Part shown: piece by piece, positions 29,595 to 42,353 of the stretch
Layout: each line of letters starts with the position of its first letter
Position numbering within the stretch: the first letter of the stretch is position 1
Assembly (NCBI GenBank): GCA_963779025.1
Contig: CAVZWR010000019.1
Location: 321,755-385,754, forward strand
Reading direction: 5' to 3'
DNA length: 64,000 nt
Origin: an uncultured Actinomycetes bacterium
GTDB lineage: Bacteria > Actinomycetota > Thermoleophilia > Gaiellales > Gaiellaceae
Position numbers and translations under genes: made by a program
The notes under the pieces: model-generated
The model's input: the letters and a program-made list of their open reading frames with translations, nothing else
The model's database searches: none
Told to the model about the DNA's origin: nothing

Positions 29595-31159
29595 GCGCCG
29601 TACAGTACCGCCACTCTGGCCGTCCACCTGAGCCGTCTGACCCCGCTCTCGTTCCTCGAGCGCAGTGCGCTCGCCTTCCCCGAGCGCCCGGCGGTCGTCG
29701 ACGGCGAGACGCGGCTGACCTGGGCGGAGTTCCGCGAGCGGACGAGGCGGCTCGCCCTGCGCGCTTCAGGAGGACGGGATCGAGCGCGGCGACCGGGTCG
29801 CGTTCCTCGCCCCGAACGTGACCCCGCTGCTCGATGCGCACTTCGGCGTGCCGGGCGCCGGCGCCGTCCTGGTCGCGATCAACACGCGGCTGATGCCGGA
29901 GGAGATCGCCTACATCCTCGAGCACTCGGGGTCACGGACGCTCGTCGTCCACGAGTCACTCGCGCACCTCGTCGAGGGTGCGCCGGTCGAGCGGCTGCTC
30001 GTCTGCGGCGAGGGCGGCGACTACGAGGACTTCCTGGCCTCGGCCGGCCCGGGCGAGCCGGAGCCGCAGGCTCGAGGACGAGGACGACCCGATCTCGATC
30101 AACTACACGAGCGGGACGACCGGCCGGCCGAAAGGCGTCGTCTACACGCATCGCGGCGGGTACCTGAACGCCCTCTCGGAGGCGCTGCACGCCGGGCTCG
30201 ACTCCCGCTCGGTCTACCTCTGGACGCTGCCGATGTTCCACTGCAACGGCTGGTGCTTCCCCTGGGCGGTGACGGCGGTCGGGGGGACGCACGTCTGCCT
30301 GCCGAAGGTCGACCCCGGCCTGATCTGGCAGCTGATCGAGGAGGAGGGGGTCACGCACCTGAACGGCGCGCCGACCGTGCTCGTCATGCTCCTGCACGAC
30401 CCGGCGGCGAAGCCGCTGGCGAAGCCGGTGCGGATCACGACCGCGGCCGCGCCGCCGTCGCCGGCCGTGATCGAGCGCACCGAGGCGCTCGGCTTCCTGG
30501 TCAACCACGTCTACGGCCTGACCGAGACGTACGGCCCGATCACGATCTGCGAGTGGCACCCCGAGTGGGACGGCCTCGACGTCCACCGGCGGGCGCGGCT
30601 GAAGGCGCGGCAGGGCGTGAACATGATCACCGCCGACACACTCCGCGTCGTCGACGCGGAGCTGAACGACGTGCCCGCCGACGGCCAGACGATCGGCGAG
30701 GTCGTGATGAGGGGCAACAACGTGATGAAGGGCTACTTCGCCGACGAGGCGGCGACGGCGGAGGCGTTCCGCGGCGGGTGGTTCCACTCGGGCGACCTCG
30801 GCGTCATGCACCCCGACGGATACATCGAGCTCCGCGACCGGATGAAGGACATCATCATCTCGGGCGGCGAGAACATCTCGACGATCGAGGTCGAGCAGGC
30901 GCTCGTCCGCCACCCGGACGTGCTCGAGGCCGCCGTGATCGCGATTCCGCACGAGAAGTGGGGCGAGCGCCCGAAGGCCTTCGTGACGCTGCGGCCCGGG
31001 GCAACGCTCGACGCGGAGGAGCTGATCGCCTTCGCCCGCGAGACCCTGCCCGGCTTCAAGGCCCCCGACGAGATCGAGTTCTGCGAGCTCCCGAAGACCT
31101 CGACCGGCAAGGTCAAGAAGTACGAGCTGCGTGACCGGGAGCGGGAGCGCCGGGCCTAG
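29593..31159 (+). CDS. acyl-CoA synthetase / AMP-dependent ligase; frame-disrupted (2-3), start uncertain
   Basis: INYTSGTTGRPKGVVYTHRG, YGLTETYGP, WFHSGDLG, ISGGENIS, KTSTGKVKKYELR. N-terminal region LTPLSFLERSALAFPERPAVV. Frame changes near 29755 and 30070. ATG 29593 needs one more indel at ~29620; the alternative start is CTG 29616. Confidence 0.85.
29602..29607 (-). promoter_or_regulatory. -10-like box, leaderless arrangement
   Basis: TACTGT (minus strand) lies 7 nt upstream of ATG 29594. Confidence 0.35.
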
Positions 31160-31947
31160 GAACGGCGGCAGGCGAGCAGGTCGGTCGACCGGCCCTGGTA
31201 CTCCTCGATCAGCCGCGCCACCTCGGCGACCGGGAGCGAGCTCCGCTCCGCTGCGGCCGCAGGTCGAGCACGTGCGTGTAGTGCTGCGCGAGCACGGCGG
31301 GCAGCTCGTCGATCCGGCCGGCGAGCTCGAGCAGCTTCGGGTTCAGCTCGAGAACCAGCGGGACGCCGGTCGAGAGCACGCGCGCGCCGCCGGAGAGCAC
31401 CTGCACCTCGTGGCCCTCGGCGTCGACCAGGAGGAAGTCCACCTCTCCCTCGACGACGTCGTCGAGGCGCGCGACCTCGACCTCCTCGCCGCCCGTTGCG
31501 TCGAGGCGCGCCTTCCGCGACCCGGCCGCGACGTCCATGCGCATCGTCCCCGGCTCGTCCGAGAGCGCGAGCTGGAGCGGCCGCACCGCATCCTCGGCGC
31601 CGTTCAGCGCCAGGTTCGCGCGCAGCAACCGGAACGTCCTCGGCACCGGCTCGATCGCGATCACCCGCTCGAACCCTGCGCCCAGAGCGGCGAACGCCGC
31701 CGTGCCGACGTTCGCGCCCACGTCCACGAACGTCCCGCGCCGTAGGTCGGGCAGCCGCTCGAGCGCGCGCAGCAGCACCGACGCGCTCCTTGTGCTTCTC
31801 GCGCCGGACGAAGAGCTTCCCGAGCGTCGGGTCGTCGGTGGGGACGACGAACAGCAGCCCCTCGCGCTCGGCGACGACGTAGGGGACGAAGTCGCCCGCA
31901 AGCTCGAGGAAGCGCTCGCGCGACGCGCGGAGCTCGTCGGTGCTCAA
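31156..31947 (-). CDS. FkbM-family methyltransferase; frame-disrupted (2), start uncertain
   Basis: FVPYVVAEREGLLFVVP (cf. the 9705 gene), TFVDVGANVGTAAFAA, FLLVDAEGHEVQVLSGG, tail LIEEYQGRSTDLLACRRS*. TTG 31947 is the first start after the upstream stop at 31964. Confidence 0.7.
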   Translation of the reverse strand: MSTDELRASRERFLELAGDFVPYVVAEREGLLFVVPTDDPTLGKLFVRREKHKERVGAAARARAAARPTARDVRGRGRERRHGGVRRSGRRVRAGDRDRAGAEDVPVAAREPGAERRRGCGAAAPARALGRAGDDAHGRRGRVAEGAPRRNGRRGGRGRAPRRRRRGRGGLPPGRRRGPRGAGALRRRARALDRRPAGSRAEPEAARARRPDRRAARRARAALHARARPAAAAERSSLPVAEVARLIEEYQGRSTDLLACRRS

Positions 31948-31963
31948 GCGAAGAATCGTACGG

Positions 31964-34217
31964 TCAGCGAACGGCCGCGACGATCGAGAGCGTTCCGCGC
32001 AGGCCAGAGAGGTCGACCGTCGCCGTCTTGCGGTCGAACGGCCGCCGCTTCCCGTCCACGCGGACACCGAGGACGCGGTGGCCGGCGGGCACGCGCAGCC
32101 GTAGCTTCATCGTCAGCGGCGGCCGACGCGCCGGCACGTCCACAGTCGCCGTGATCTGGCCGAAGCCGGCGTCGATCTCGTACGACAGCGGGCCGAAGCT
32201 CGTCGGCGACTCGCGGACGGCGACCGACTTGCCCGGGGCGAGCCAGCCGCGCGGCGTCGCGAAGGCGAGCTCGAGGCCGACCGGCCGCCCGTTCGGCGCC
32301 GTCGTCTCGTGCACGAGCATCAGCCGCAGCGTCTCGAGGAATGCCGAGTTCGAGGCGGCGTTCGGCGGCAGGTACATCGAGCGGAAGCGCCGCGCCCTCG
32401 AGCGGAGCGACCGTCGCGGCCTCGCCGGAGACGAACGTCCCGGGCGTCATTGCCGCGCCGAGCATTCCGTAGAGGCTGAGCACGAGCTGGTTCGGCTCGT
32501 CGTTGTCGGCGAGGAATCGCGCGACCGCCAGCCCGTAGACCTGGTCTGTGCCGGTGACCGGGTAGCGCGTCTTCCCGCCGTAGAGCGAGTAGGCGCCGGC
32601 GCGCACGAGCCCGAGCAGCCGCGAGCCGTGGGCGAGCATGTAGCGGAGGATCTCGTTCGCTTGCCTGCCGTGCGGCTCGAAGAATCCGGACGCCAGGGCA
32701 TACGGCATCACCAGGTTCCAGTAGCTGCCGAGCCGGGAGCGCGTGACCGCGTCGAACGGCTTGTGCTTGGCGAGCAGCACCGCCGGCACGAAGAGCGAGC
32801 CGTCCTTCAACCGATGCGAGGACGCCGCGACCGCGCGCTGCAGCCCGGCCCGCAGCCGGTTCGCGAGCCCGCGCGCGCGGGCGGCGTGGGCCGCGTGTCC
32901 GGTCTCCGCCCAGACCGCGCCGATCGCGTTCAGCCCTTCCCAGACCGTTGTCTGCGAGTGCAGCCCGTAGACACGTTCGGGGATGTCCGAGGAGAACCGC
33001 TCCTGCCGCAGCAGGCCGTGCGGGTCGTTCCGCATCTGCCGCCCGACCACCGTCATGAACCAGTCGATCCGCTTCGTCGACCCAGTTCAGGTAGGCGCGG
33101 TCGCCGGTCAGCTCGTAGTAGCGCGCGCTGGCGATCATCAGCTCGCCCATCCGCCAGTTCGACGGGGCGAGCGAGAAGCGCCCGAACGACGTGCGCAGGA
33201 TCTGGCGCATCACGTTCGTGAAGCCGTAGCTGCCCATCACCTCGGCCACGTCGAGGCTCTCCGCGGAGGAGAACTCCTCGTACGGGTTCCCGACGCTGTA
33301 GCGCCAGGTCAGCGCGAGATCCTGCTCGAGCAGGCTCTTCTGCGCGTCCATCGACGACGGACTCGGGGACGTCGTACTTGACGGCCTCGCCGAGGCGCGC
33401 GTTCCAGAACTCGACCAGCCGGTCGCGCGCGAGCTGGTACGTGTCCGCGTCGATCACGACGGGGCGAAGGTCGCCGGGAAGCCAGGCGACGTAGAGGGTC
33501 GCGGTCTGGCCGGGCTCGACGCGGTAGTGGAGCGCGGAGTCCTCGCGGCCTGCCTGGGCCGACCGGACGCCTCGCTTGGTCGAGTGGACGAGTCGCACGA
33601 GGGCTCCGCTCTTGGCGGCGCTCGCGGTGACGCTGACGAAGCTGATCAGGACGCCGGTGCCGAGCCCGCGGACCGCGAAGGACTCCTGCTCGTAGCGGAC
33701 GCCGGCAGAGTCCCTGTACCTCGTCTCGAGGATCGGCAGGTAGCCCTCTGCGAGCGCGGCTGCCGAGAGCCTCGAAAGGCAAGAGCCGAAGGGCTCGTGC
33801 CCGCCCGGCCCGACGAGGACGCGCAGGCTCGCGCCTGCCGTCGTGCGCGCGAGGATCTGGCTGCCGTCGGCGACGTGGAGGGCGATGTCGAGTGCGCCGT
33901 GGACTTCCGAGCGGCTGCGCGAACGGGAGGTAGTAGACGCCGGACGCGGTGAGCGGCTTGGAGCGCGCCCGTGCGAACAGGAGCGGCTTCAGCAGCCGGC
34001 GGACGGCTGCGTAGGTCGGGCCGCCCGGACGGCGGATCAGCTGCTCGCCCCAGAGGTCGCGCTTGGAGCGCAGCGCGCGCAGCACGCTGCCGGCGTACGC
34101 CGGGGTCGCGCGGTCCTGCGCGCAGCGCGGAGCGGCCTCCGCGGGGGAGGCAGGGAGGACGACGGCCGCAACGACCAGGGCCGTCGCGAGCGCGGCAAGG
34201 GGGAACCGCATCGGCAT
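31964..34217 (-). CDS. large secreted protein (~750 aa), family not recognised, possible polysaccharide hydrolase/lyase; frame-disrupted (at least 5)
   Basis: ATG 34217 with signal peptide MPMRFPLAALATALVVAAVVLPASPAEA. Five track fragments on this strand (33309-34487, 33053-33598, 32320-33351, 31944-33056, 31964-32377) join colinearly into non-low-complexity sequence. Confidence 0.55.
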
Positions 34218-34313
34218 GACATTCTCGCTCGAACCCCGGTGGCCTTCTACCCCGTCGGTCGGCCGCCGGTGCCCCTGAAGTAAGCATCCGGTAAGGCCGC
34301 CAGGGGCGCCGTC

Positions 34314-34319
34314 TACACT
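34314..34319 (+). promoter_or_regulatory. -10-like box, leaderless arrangement
   Basis: TACACT lies 7 nt upstream of GTG 34327. No SD sequence. Confidence 0.4.
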
Positions 34320-34326
34320 TTCCTTC

Positions 34327-35258
<932 letters not shown>

Positions 35259-35266
<8 letters not shown>

Positions 35267-36414
35267 GCGGTTCGGGGTCTGGGCGGCGATCCTCGTGGCC
35301 GCCGCCGGTCTCGCCGTGCCCGCGGCGACGGCGCGCCTCGAACATGAAGGTCGGGATCTACGACGAGGGCGCGACCTTCTTCGACGACCAGGCGAAGGTC
35401 TTCGGCGCGTACCGCTCGCTCGGCACGCAGATCCTCCGCGTCAACCTGTACTGGGGCGGCAAGCTCGGCGTCGCGAAGTACCGGCCGTTCGACGGCTCGG
35501 ACCCCCGGGACGCCGCCTACGACTGGGCGCTCTACGACCGCGTCGTCCAGTACGCGGGCGCGTACAAGCTGAAGGTGCTCTTCTCGATCACCGGGACGCC
35601 GCGGTGGGCGAACGGCGGCCAGAGCAGCAACCGCCCGCCGAAGAACTTCCAGGACCTCTACAAGTTCGCCTACGCGGCCGCCGCGCGCTACAGCGGCTCG
35701 TACACGGGCACCGACGGTCGGACGCTCCCGGCGGTGCGGCTGTGGGCGGCGTGGAACGAGCCGAACAACCCGGTCTTCCTCCGGCCGCAGTTCGTCAAGG
35801 CCGGCGGGAAGTGGGTGATCCAGAGCGCGAAGGACTACGCGAAGATCTGCAACGCGATCTACGGCGGGATCCACGCGACGATGTACAAGGACGAGAAGGT
35901 CGCCTGCGGGGTCACCGCCCCGCGCGGGAACAACAACCCGCACAGCGCCCGCCCTTCGGTATCGCCGGTCGCCTTCCTGGTCGCGGCGAAGAAGGCGGGG
36001 ATGAAGACCTTCGACGCCTACGCGCACAACCCGTACTACGGCGTGCCCACGGAGACTCCGACCACGAGGCCGCCATCGCTCCGTCCCGGCGCGGCGCCGA
36101 CGGCGATCACGCTCGCGAACATCAACGTGCTGCTCGCGTCGATCTCGCGGCTGTACGGGCCGCGGCACCTCTGGATCACCGAGTACGGCTACCAGACGAA
36201 GCCGCCTGACCCGGTGTTCGGCGTCTCCTGGTCGAACCAGGCGCGTTACCTGACGCAGGCGTTCGCGATCGCCCGCAAGAACCCGCGCATCGACATGATG
36301 ATCTGGTTCCTGCTCAAGGACCAGCCCGATCTCTCCGGCTGGCAGTCCGGGCTCATGACGGTGGACGGCCGGCTGAAGCCGTCGTTTGCGGCGTACGCAC
36401 GGGTGCCGAAGTAA
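35259..36414 (+). CDS. secreted clan GH-A (TIM-barrel) glycoside hydrolase-like protein; frame-disrupted (1)
   Basis: Signal peptide [31 protein letters not shown] (acid/base NEP) and LWITEYGYQ (nucleophile Glu). Frame change near 35335. Confidence 0.7.
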
Positions 36415-37610
36415 CGGCGACGCCCTTCCGGGCGAGCAGCGAGCGGTAGAGCCCGTCCACGTCGTCGATCAGGCGCTCGACCGCGTACCGCGGTAGCACG
36501 CGCTCGCGGCCGGCGGCGCCCATCCGTGCGCGGAGCTCCGGATCGGCGGCGAGGCGCCCGAGCCGGTCGGCGATCGCCTCCAGGTCGCCGGGCTCGACCA
36601 TGAAGCCGTCGACGCCCTCCTCGACGACGTCAGGCACGCCGCCGACGCGCGTCGCGACGACGGGGCAGCCGCTCGCGAGCGACTCGATCGCCGTCACCGG
36701 CGTGCCCTCGTTCGCAGAGGGGAGGACGAACGCGTCGAATGCGGCGAAGAACGGCCCGACGTCCTCCTGGTAGCCGGGGAACAGGCAGTCGTGCATCAGG
36801 TGGAGCTCGCTCGCGAGCGTCTCGAGCTGCTCGCGCTCGGGCCCGTCGCCGACCATGCACAGCGTCGCGTCGACGCCGTGGTCGCGCAGGAGGCGGAACG
36901 CGCGGAGCACGTCGGCGCCCCGCTTCACCCCGGTCATACGGCCGATCCAGCCGACCAGGAAGCGGTGGTCGGGGACGCCCATCACCTTGCGCGTGCGCTC
37001 TCGCTCCTCCTGGGCGGCGGCGACGCGCTCGTCGAGCTCGATCCCGAGGCGGATGACGGTGAACTTCTCGGGCGGCGCGACCTTCAGCGCGACCAGGTCG
37101 TCGCGGACTTCCGGGCTGACGGCGATCAGCGTGTCGGCGACGCGCGCGAGCCAGCGCTCGAGGCTGCGGAAGATCGCCGTGCGGAAGCGGCCGAAGTAGC
37201 CGCGCAGCACGTGGCCGTGGAACGTGTGCACGACGATCGGCGGCCGTGACTTGCCGGCGAGCACCGCTGCGACCCGGCCGATCGCGCCCGCCTTGGCCGT
37301 GTGCGTGTGGAGGATGTGCGGGCGCTGCTCGCGGATCATCCGCGCGAGGCGGAAGGTGGCGAGGATGTCCTGGATCGGGGAGATCTCCCGGTGGAGGTGC
37401 GGGATCAGGTGGACCGGGACGCCCTGCTCCTCGGCGACGTAGGCCATCGACTGCTCTCCGGGGCTGACGCTGCCGGCGACCAGCGTCGTCTCGTAGCCGC
37501 GCTCGATCGAGGCCGGCGGAGAGGTAGGAGACGTGGAGCGCGGGCCCGCCCATGTTCAGGCGGGCGATGACCCTGAGGATGCGGATGGGCTCAGGCCTGG
37601 AGGAACTCAA
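36353..37610 (-). CDS. glycosyltransferase family 4; frame-disrupted (1)
   Basis: [63 protein letters not shown] (E-x7-E). Frame change near 37490. TTG 37610 start is inferred. The 3' end overlaps the convergent gene by ~60 nt. Confidence 0.8.
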
Positions 37611-38519
37611 TGGTCCTGCGCAGGCCTTCCTCCAGCTCGACCTGCGGCTCGTAGCCGAGCGTCTCCCGCGCGGCGGAGAGGTCGGCGTACGAGTCGCGGA
37701 TGTCTCCGGCGCGGGGCGGCTGGAGGTTCCGCTCGACCGGCTTGCCGAGCAGGCGGCCGATCGTGTCGGCGACGTCGTTCACGCTCGGCGGGCTTCCCGC
37801 CCGCGACGTTGAACGCCCGGCCGCTCGCGCCCTCGGCGGCCCCGGCGGCGATCGTCGCGGCGACCGCGTCGTCCACGTAGGTGAAGTCGCGCGACTGCTC
37901 GCCGTCGCCGTAGATCGTCACCGGCTCGCCCGCGGCGATCGCGGCGATGAAGAGCGGGATCACGGCCGCGTACTGCGAGAAGGGGCTCTGCCGCGGCCCG
38001 TAGACGTTGAAGTAGCGCAGCACGACGGTCTCGAAGGCCTCGTAGACGCGGCTGAAGGCGCCGCAGTAGCGCTCGGCGGCCAGCTTCGCGACGCCGTAGG
38101 GCGAGATCGGGTCGAGCAGCGCGTCCTCGGGCGTCGGCAGCGGCGGGTTCGTGCCCGTAGACCGACGTGCTGGAGGCGAAGACGACGCGCCTGACCTTCT
38201 CGTCCCGGGCCGCGAGCAGGACGTTCAGCGTCCCCTCGACGTTGACCGCGTTCGAGGTCAGCGGGTCCTGGACGGAGCGGGGGACCGAGCCGAGCGCGCC
38301 CAGGTGGTAGACGACCTCGGTGCCGCGGACGGCGTTGTGGACGCGCTCGTAGCTGCGCAGCTCGCCCTCGACGATCTCCAGGTCGAGGTCCTCGAGGTTG
38401 GCGCGGAAGCCGGTCGAGAAGTTGTCGAGCACGCGGACGTCGTCGCCGCGCTCCTGGAGCGCGCGGACCAGGTTGGAGCCGATGAACCCCGCGCCCCCGG
38501 TGACGAGCACTTTGGCCAC
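37591..38519 (-). CDS. NAD-dependent NDP-sugar 4-epimerase (WbpP/TviC-like extended SDR); frame-disrupted (2)
   Basis: VLVTGGAGFIGSNLV, VLDNFSTGFRANL, SPYGVAKLAAERY, RYFNVYGPRQ, YGDGEQSRDFTYVDD. Frame changes near 38150 and 37790. Confidence 0.8.
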
Positions 38520-38531
38520 GCAGGGATAGTG

Positions 38532-39937
38532 TCAGACACTTGTTGCGGAACCAGTTGGGTTGCGGGAGCGGGTGTCTGACGCTTGCGCCGCCGCTGCGGC
38601 CGCGAGCCCGAGCGCGAGCCAGGTCAGGGCGTCCATCGGGATCCCGGCGATGATCCCGAGCGCGTTCCAGACGCCGAGGCAGACGAGCAGCCAGAGGACG
38701 GCCAGCAGCCCGACCTCGGGCGGGCCGCGCAGCGCTACGCGCCCGGCGGTCGCCAGGCCGCTGACGAACAGCCCGGCGAGGAGCAGGAAGCCGATCACAC
38801 CCGTTTCGGCGAGCGCCTGCACGTAGAGGTTCTGCACGCCCCACGGGTGCTCGGGCGAGGGGAAGGCGCGCGGCGGCGAGCTCGGGGAACTTCGCGCGGG
38901 CGTCGTCGAGGTACGGCGAGTAGACCGACTGCTCGAGCGAGCTCTCGAAGCCCGCCCCGGCGACCGGGTGGTCGAGGAAGATCCGCCAGCCGATGTAGAT
39001 CAGCAGCGTCCGCTGGACGAGCGTCTCGACGTTGCGTTGCGTCTCCTTCGGCCCGATCCCGAAGTAGCGGAGCAGGTGGCCGACGTCGCCGCTGCGCAGC
39101 GGGACGAGCCCGGCGACGACGACGAGCGGGAGGCACAGGATCGCCGCGAGGCGGCGCCGCGAGACGTGCGACCGCGACAGCCCGAAGACGAAGGCGACGA
39201 TCGCGGCGAGCCCGAAGCCGATCGCGCCCGCGGTCGAGCCGGAGAGGATCAGCCCGATGCAGCCCGAGACGGCGGCGGCGATCCCCCAGCGGGCGTAGCG
39301 TCCCGCCTGCACCGCCAGCAGGAGCAGCGCCACGCACGCGACGGCGCCCGACAGCCCGGCGAGGTCGTGGTGGCCGAGGAAGGAAGGCTGCCGCCAGCCG
39401 CTCGGCCAGCCGGCCAGGATCCGCCAGCCGAAGAACTGCACGACCGCGACCGCGCTCGCGCACACGCTCCAGGCGATCAGCACAGCGAGGATCAGCTCGA
39501 GGTCGGCGCGCCGCCGGACGAGGACGACGACGGCGGGCGCGAGCAGCGCGTACTCGGCGAACTTCCCCGCGGTGACGAGGTGGGTGTGCGAGTCGTACGA
39601 CTCGTCCAACCAGCGCGGGTAGACGACCGCCGCGAAGTTCCAGACGAGCAAGGCCGACGGACGCGATCCAGACCCAGCGCCCGGCGCCGAGCGACGGGCG
39701 GTCCCGGACCCAGACCCACAGCGCGACGGCCGCGACGGCGAGCACCGCGAGGTCCGAGAGCACCACGTGCACGCTCGTCGATCCGACCGTGACGGTAAAC
39801 CCAGGCTGGAAGCGAACGTGCAGGAACAGGATCGGCAAAGCCGCCGCAAGCACGAGCGTTCCCGGCGAGGAGAGCGAGTCGAGAACGGCAGTCGCGCGAG
39901 CCCGGTGGGAGGATCCTCCGAGCGTTCTGACGGCCAC
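38532..39937 (-). CDS. O-antigen polymerase/ligase family membrane protein (Wzy-like); frame-disrupted (2-3)
   Basis: Nine or more hydrophobic segments. C-terminal NLYVQALAETGVIGFLLLAGLF block is typical of the O-antigen ligase/Wzy_C family. Fragments in three frames join colinearly. Confidence 0.65.
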
Positions 39938-39945
39938 CGGCGGCC

Positions 39946-39953
39946 ACTATAGT
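39946..39953. promoter_or_regulatory. palindromic -10 element shared by the divergent Wzy-like and Wzx genes
   Basis: ACTATAGT reads TATAGT on both strands. It lies 8 nt before GTG 39937 (minus strand) and 10 nt before ATG 39964 (plus strand). The plus-strand gene also has GGAGG at 39954-39958. Confidence 0.4.
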
Positions 39954-39963
39954 GGAGGCCCGA

Positions 39964-41251
39964 ATGCAGACGCGCCTCCTGTGGCGGCGCTCGGCCACGG
40001 CGATCGGCCTGTACGGGAGTGTCGCCCTCGGGCTTCTCGGAGGCCTCGTGGCGGCGCGCGAGCTCCACCCCGATCGCTACGGCCTGTACTCCCTCGCCGT
40101 CTTCGGCGCCGGGTTCTTTCAGGTGCTGCTCGACCTCACCGTCGAGGAGGCGATGATCAAGTACGGCTTCCGCTACACGACGGCCGGGGAGTGGGGCAAG
40201 CTGCGCCGCCTCTACCGCCGGTCGATGATGCTGAAGACCGCCGGCGCGGTGCTCGCCTCGCTCGTTCTGCTGGCGATCGCGCCGTTCGCCGACCAGCTCT
40301 TCAGCGCCGACGGCCTCACCGGGCCGTTCCTGCTCGCCGCCCTGCTGCCGATCTCGTTCATCCCGGAGGCCCCGGCCGGGGCGGCGCTCGTCCTCGACGG
40401 GCGCTACGAGGTGCGCGCCGTCTACAACTTCCTGACCGCGCTGCTGCGGACGATCGGGCTCGTGATCGGCGCCCACTACGGTGTCGCGGAGGCGATCCTG
40501 GGGCTGGTCCTGGGGCAGTTCGCCGGCTCGGCGCTCGTCAGCGCGGCGGCGCTCCGGGCATTCAGCCGCTTCCCGCACGCGCCTCCCGAGCCGCTCGGCG
40601 AAGACCGCCGCGAGATCGTCCAGTTCGTGATCCGCTCGAGCATCGGGTCGACGATCGTCTCGGCCCGGGCCGCGGTCGTGCCCTTGCTCCTCGGCCTCGT
40701 CTCCGTGCCGCGCGAGGTCGGCTACTTCCGGGCGAGCCAGGCGCCGCAGACCGGCCTGACGGCGCTGACCGCGCCCGCGCGACTGATCCTGGTCACGGAG
40801 CAGACGCGCGACTGGGAAGCCGGGGCCACGCAGCGCGTCTTCAGCGGCCTCCGGCGCTACAGCACGGCGGCGCTGATCACGATGGCGATCACCGTGCCCG
40901 TTCCTCTACTGGTTCATGCCGGACATCATCGCGCTCGCCTTCGGCGAGGAGTACCGGCCGGCCTCCGACGCTGCGCGGCTGATGCTGATCGCGGGCGCCG
41001 TCGGGCTGGTCTTCGCGTGGACGAAGTCGCTGCCGGTCTCGGTCGGGCGGCCCGAGCTGCGGATCGTCACCCACGGGATCGAGACGATCGTGCTGATCCC
41101 GCTCGTGCTGGTCCTCGGCGAGATCTGGGACGCGACCGGGGCGGCTGCCGCGGTGCTGATCTCGACCTGCGTCTTCGCCCTCGCGTGGATGGTCGCGGTC
41201 GCGCGCCTGCACCGGGCGCAAGAGCCGACCGAGGCCGTCGCCTCGTCGTGA
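39964..41251 (+). CDS. wzx: Wzx-type polysaccharide flippase (MOP superfamily); frame-disrupted (1)
   Basis: About 12 hydrophobic helices. N-terminus LYGSVALGLLGGLVAARELHPDRYGLYSLAVFGAGFFQVLLDL is typical of Polysacc_synt proteins. Frame change near 40910. Confidence 0.7.
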
Positions 41252-42353
41252 AGGTCGTGATCGTCTCCGGGATCTGGCCGCCCGACGTCGGCGGGCCGGC
41301 CAGCCACGCGCCCGAGCTCGCGGACTTCCTCCACGGGCGCGGGCACGAGGTGCGCGTGGTCACGACTGCCGATGCGCCCCCCGCCCCGCGGCCCTACCCG
41401 GTCGACTGGACGCCTCGGCGCTACCCGCCGGGTGTGCGCCACTTCCTCGGGGCGGGGCTCGTGCACCGGGCGGCTTCGGGCGCCGACGTCGTCTACTCGA
41501 CCGGGATGCTCGGGCGCAGCTCGCTCGGGTCGCGGATCGCGGGCGTGCCGCTCGTGCAGCGCCTCGCAGGCGACCCGGCCTACGAGCGCGCGCTGCGCCG
41601 CGGGCTGACCTCGGCGCCGCTCGACCGGTTCCAGCAGGAGACGGGGGCGCAGATCTCGGTGCTGCGGCGCACCCGCGACCGCGCGCTTCGCCGGGCGAGC
41701 CGCATCGTCGTTCCGTCCCAGGCGTTCGCGGAGATCGTCGCCGGCTGGGGCTTCGAGGCCGAAGTGGTGCCGCACGCCGTGGCGGCTCCCGAGCTGCCCG
41801 GGCGCGAGGAGCTTCGCGCCCGGCACGGCCTGAACGGGCCGACGCTCCTCTTCGCGGGGAGGCTGGTGCCGCAGAAGGCGCTCGGGATCGCATTCGAGGC
41901 GGTGCGGCGCAACGAGGGCGTGACGCTGCTCGTCGCGGGCGACGGCCCGGAGCGGCCGCGGATCGAGTCGCAGGCCGGCGGGCTGAAGGCCCGCTTCCTC
42001 GGCGCACAGCCGCGAGCGAGCGGTCTTCGAGCTGATGCGGGCCGCAGACGCAACGCTCCTCTCCTCGAACTGGGAGAGCTTCGGCCTCGTCGTCGCCGAG
42101 TCGCTGGCGGTCGGGACACCCGTGGTCGCGGCCGGGGCAGGCGGGGTCGGCGAGGTGCTCGAGGACGGCCGGAACGGGCTGCTCGTTCCGGCCGGCGACG
42201 TCGACGGGCTTGCCGGCGGCGATCGGCCGCTTCTTCGCCGACGCAGCACTCCAGGCGCGCCTGCGCAACGCTGCGGCGGACTCGGTGCGCCGCCTCGATC
42301 CGAGCCAGGTCTACCCGCGCTACGAGGCGATCCTCGACGAGGCGGCGCGGTGA
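41248..42353 (+). CDS. glycosyltransferase family 4; frame-disrupted (2)
   Basis: GTGA overlap with the upstream stop. VKVVIVSGIWPPDVGGPASHAPELADFLHGRGHEV, LLSSNWESFGLVVAESLAVGTPVVAAGAGGVGEVL (E-x7-E). Frame changes near 42015 and 42215. Confidence 0.8.

Noticed and set aside
37960-40578. 872 aa ORF on the minus strand
   Set aside because: Only the central hydrophobic part belongs to the Wzy-like gene. The 5' part is antisense to the Wzx gene and the 3' part is out of frame over the epimerase gene. Arg/Pro/Gly-rich shadows are typical of high-GC DNA.
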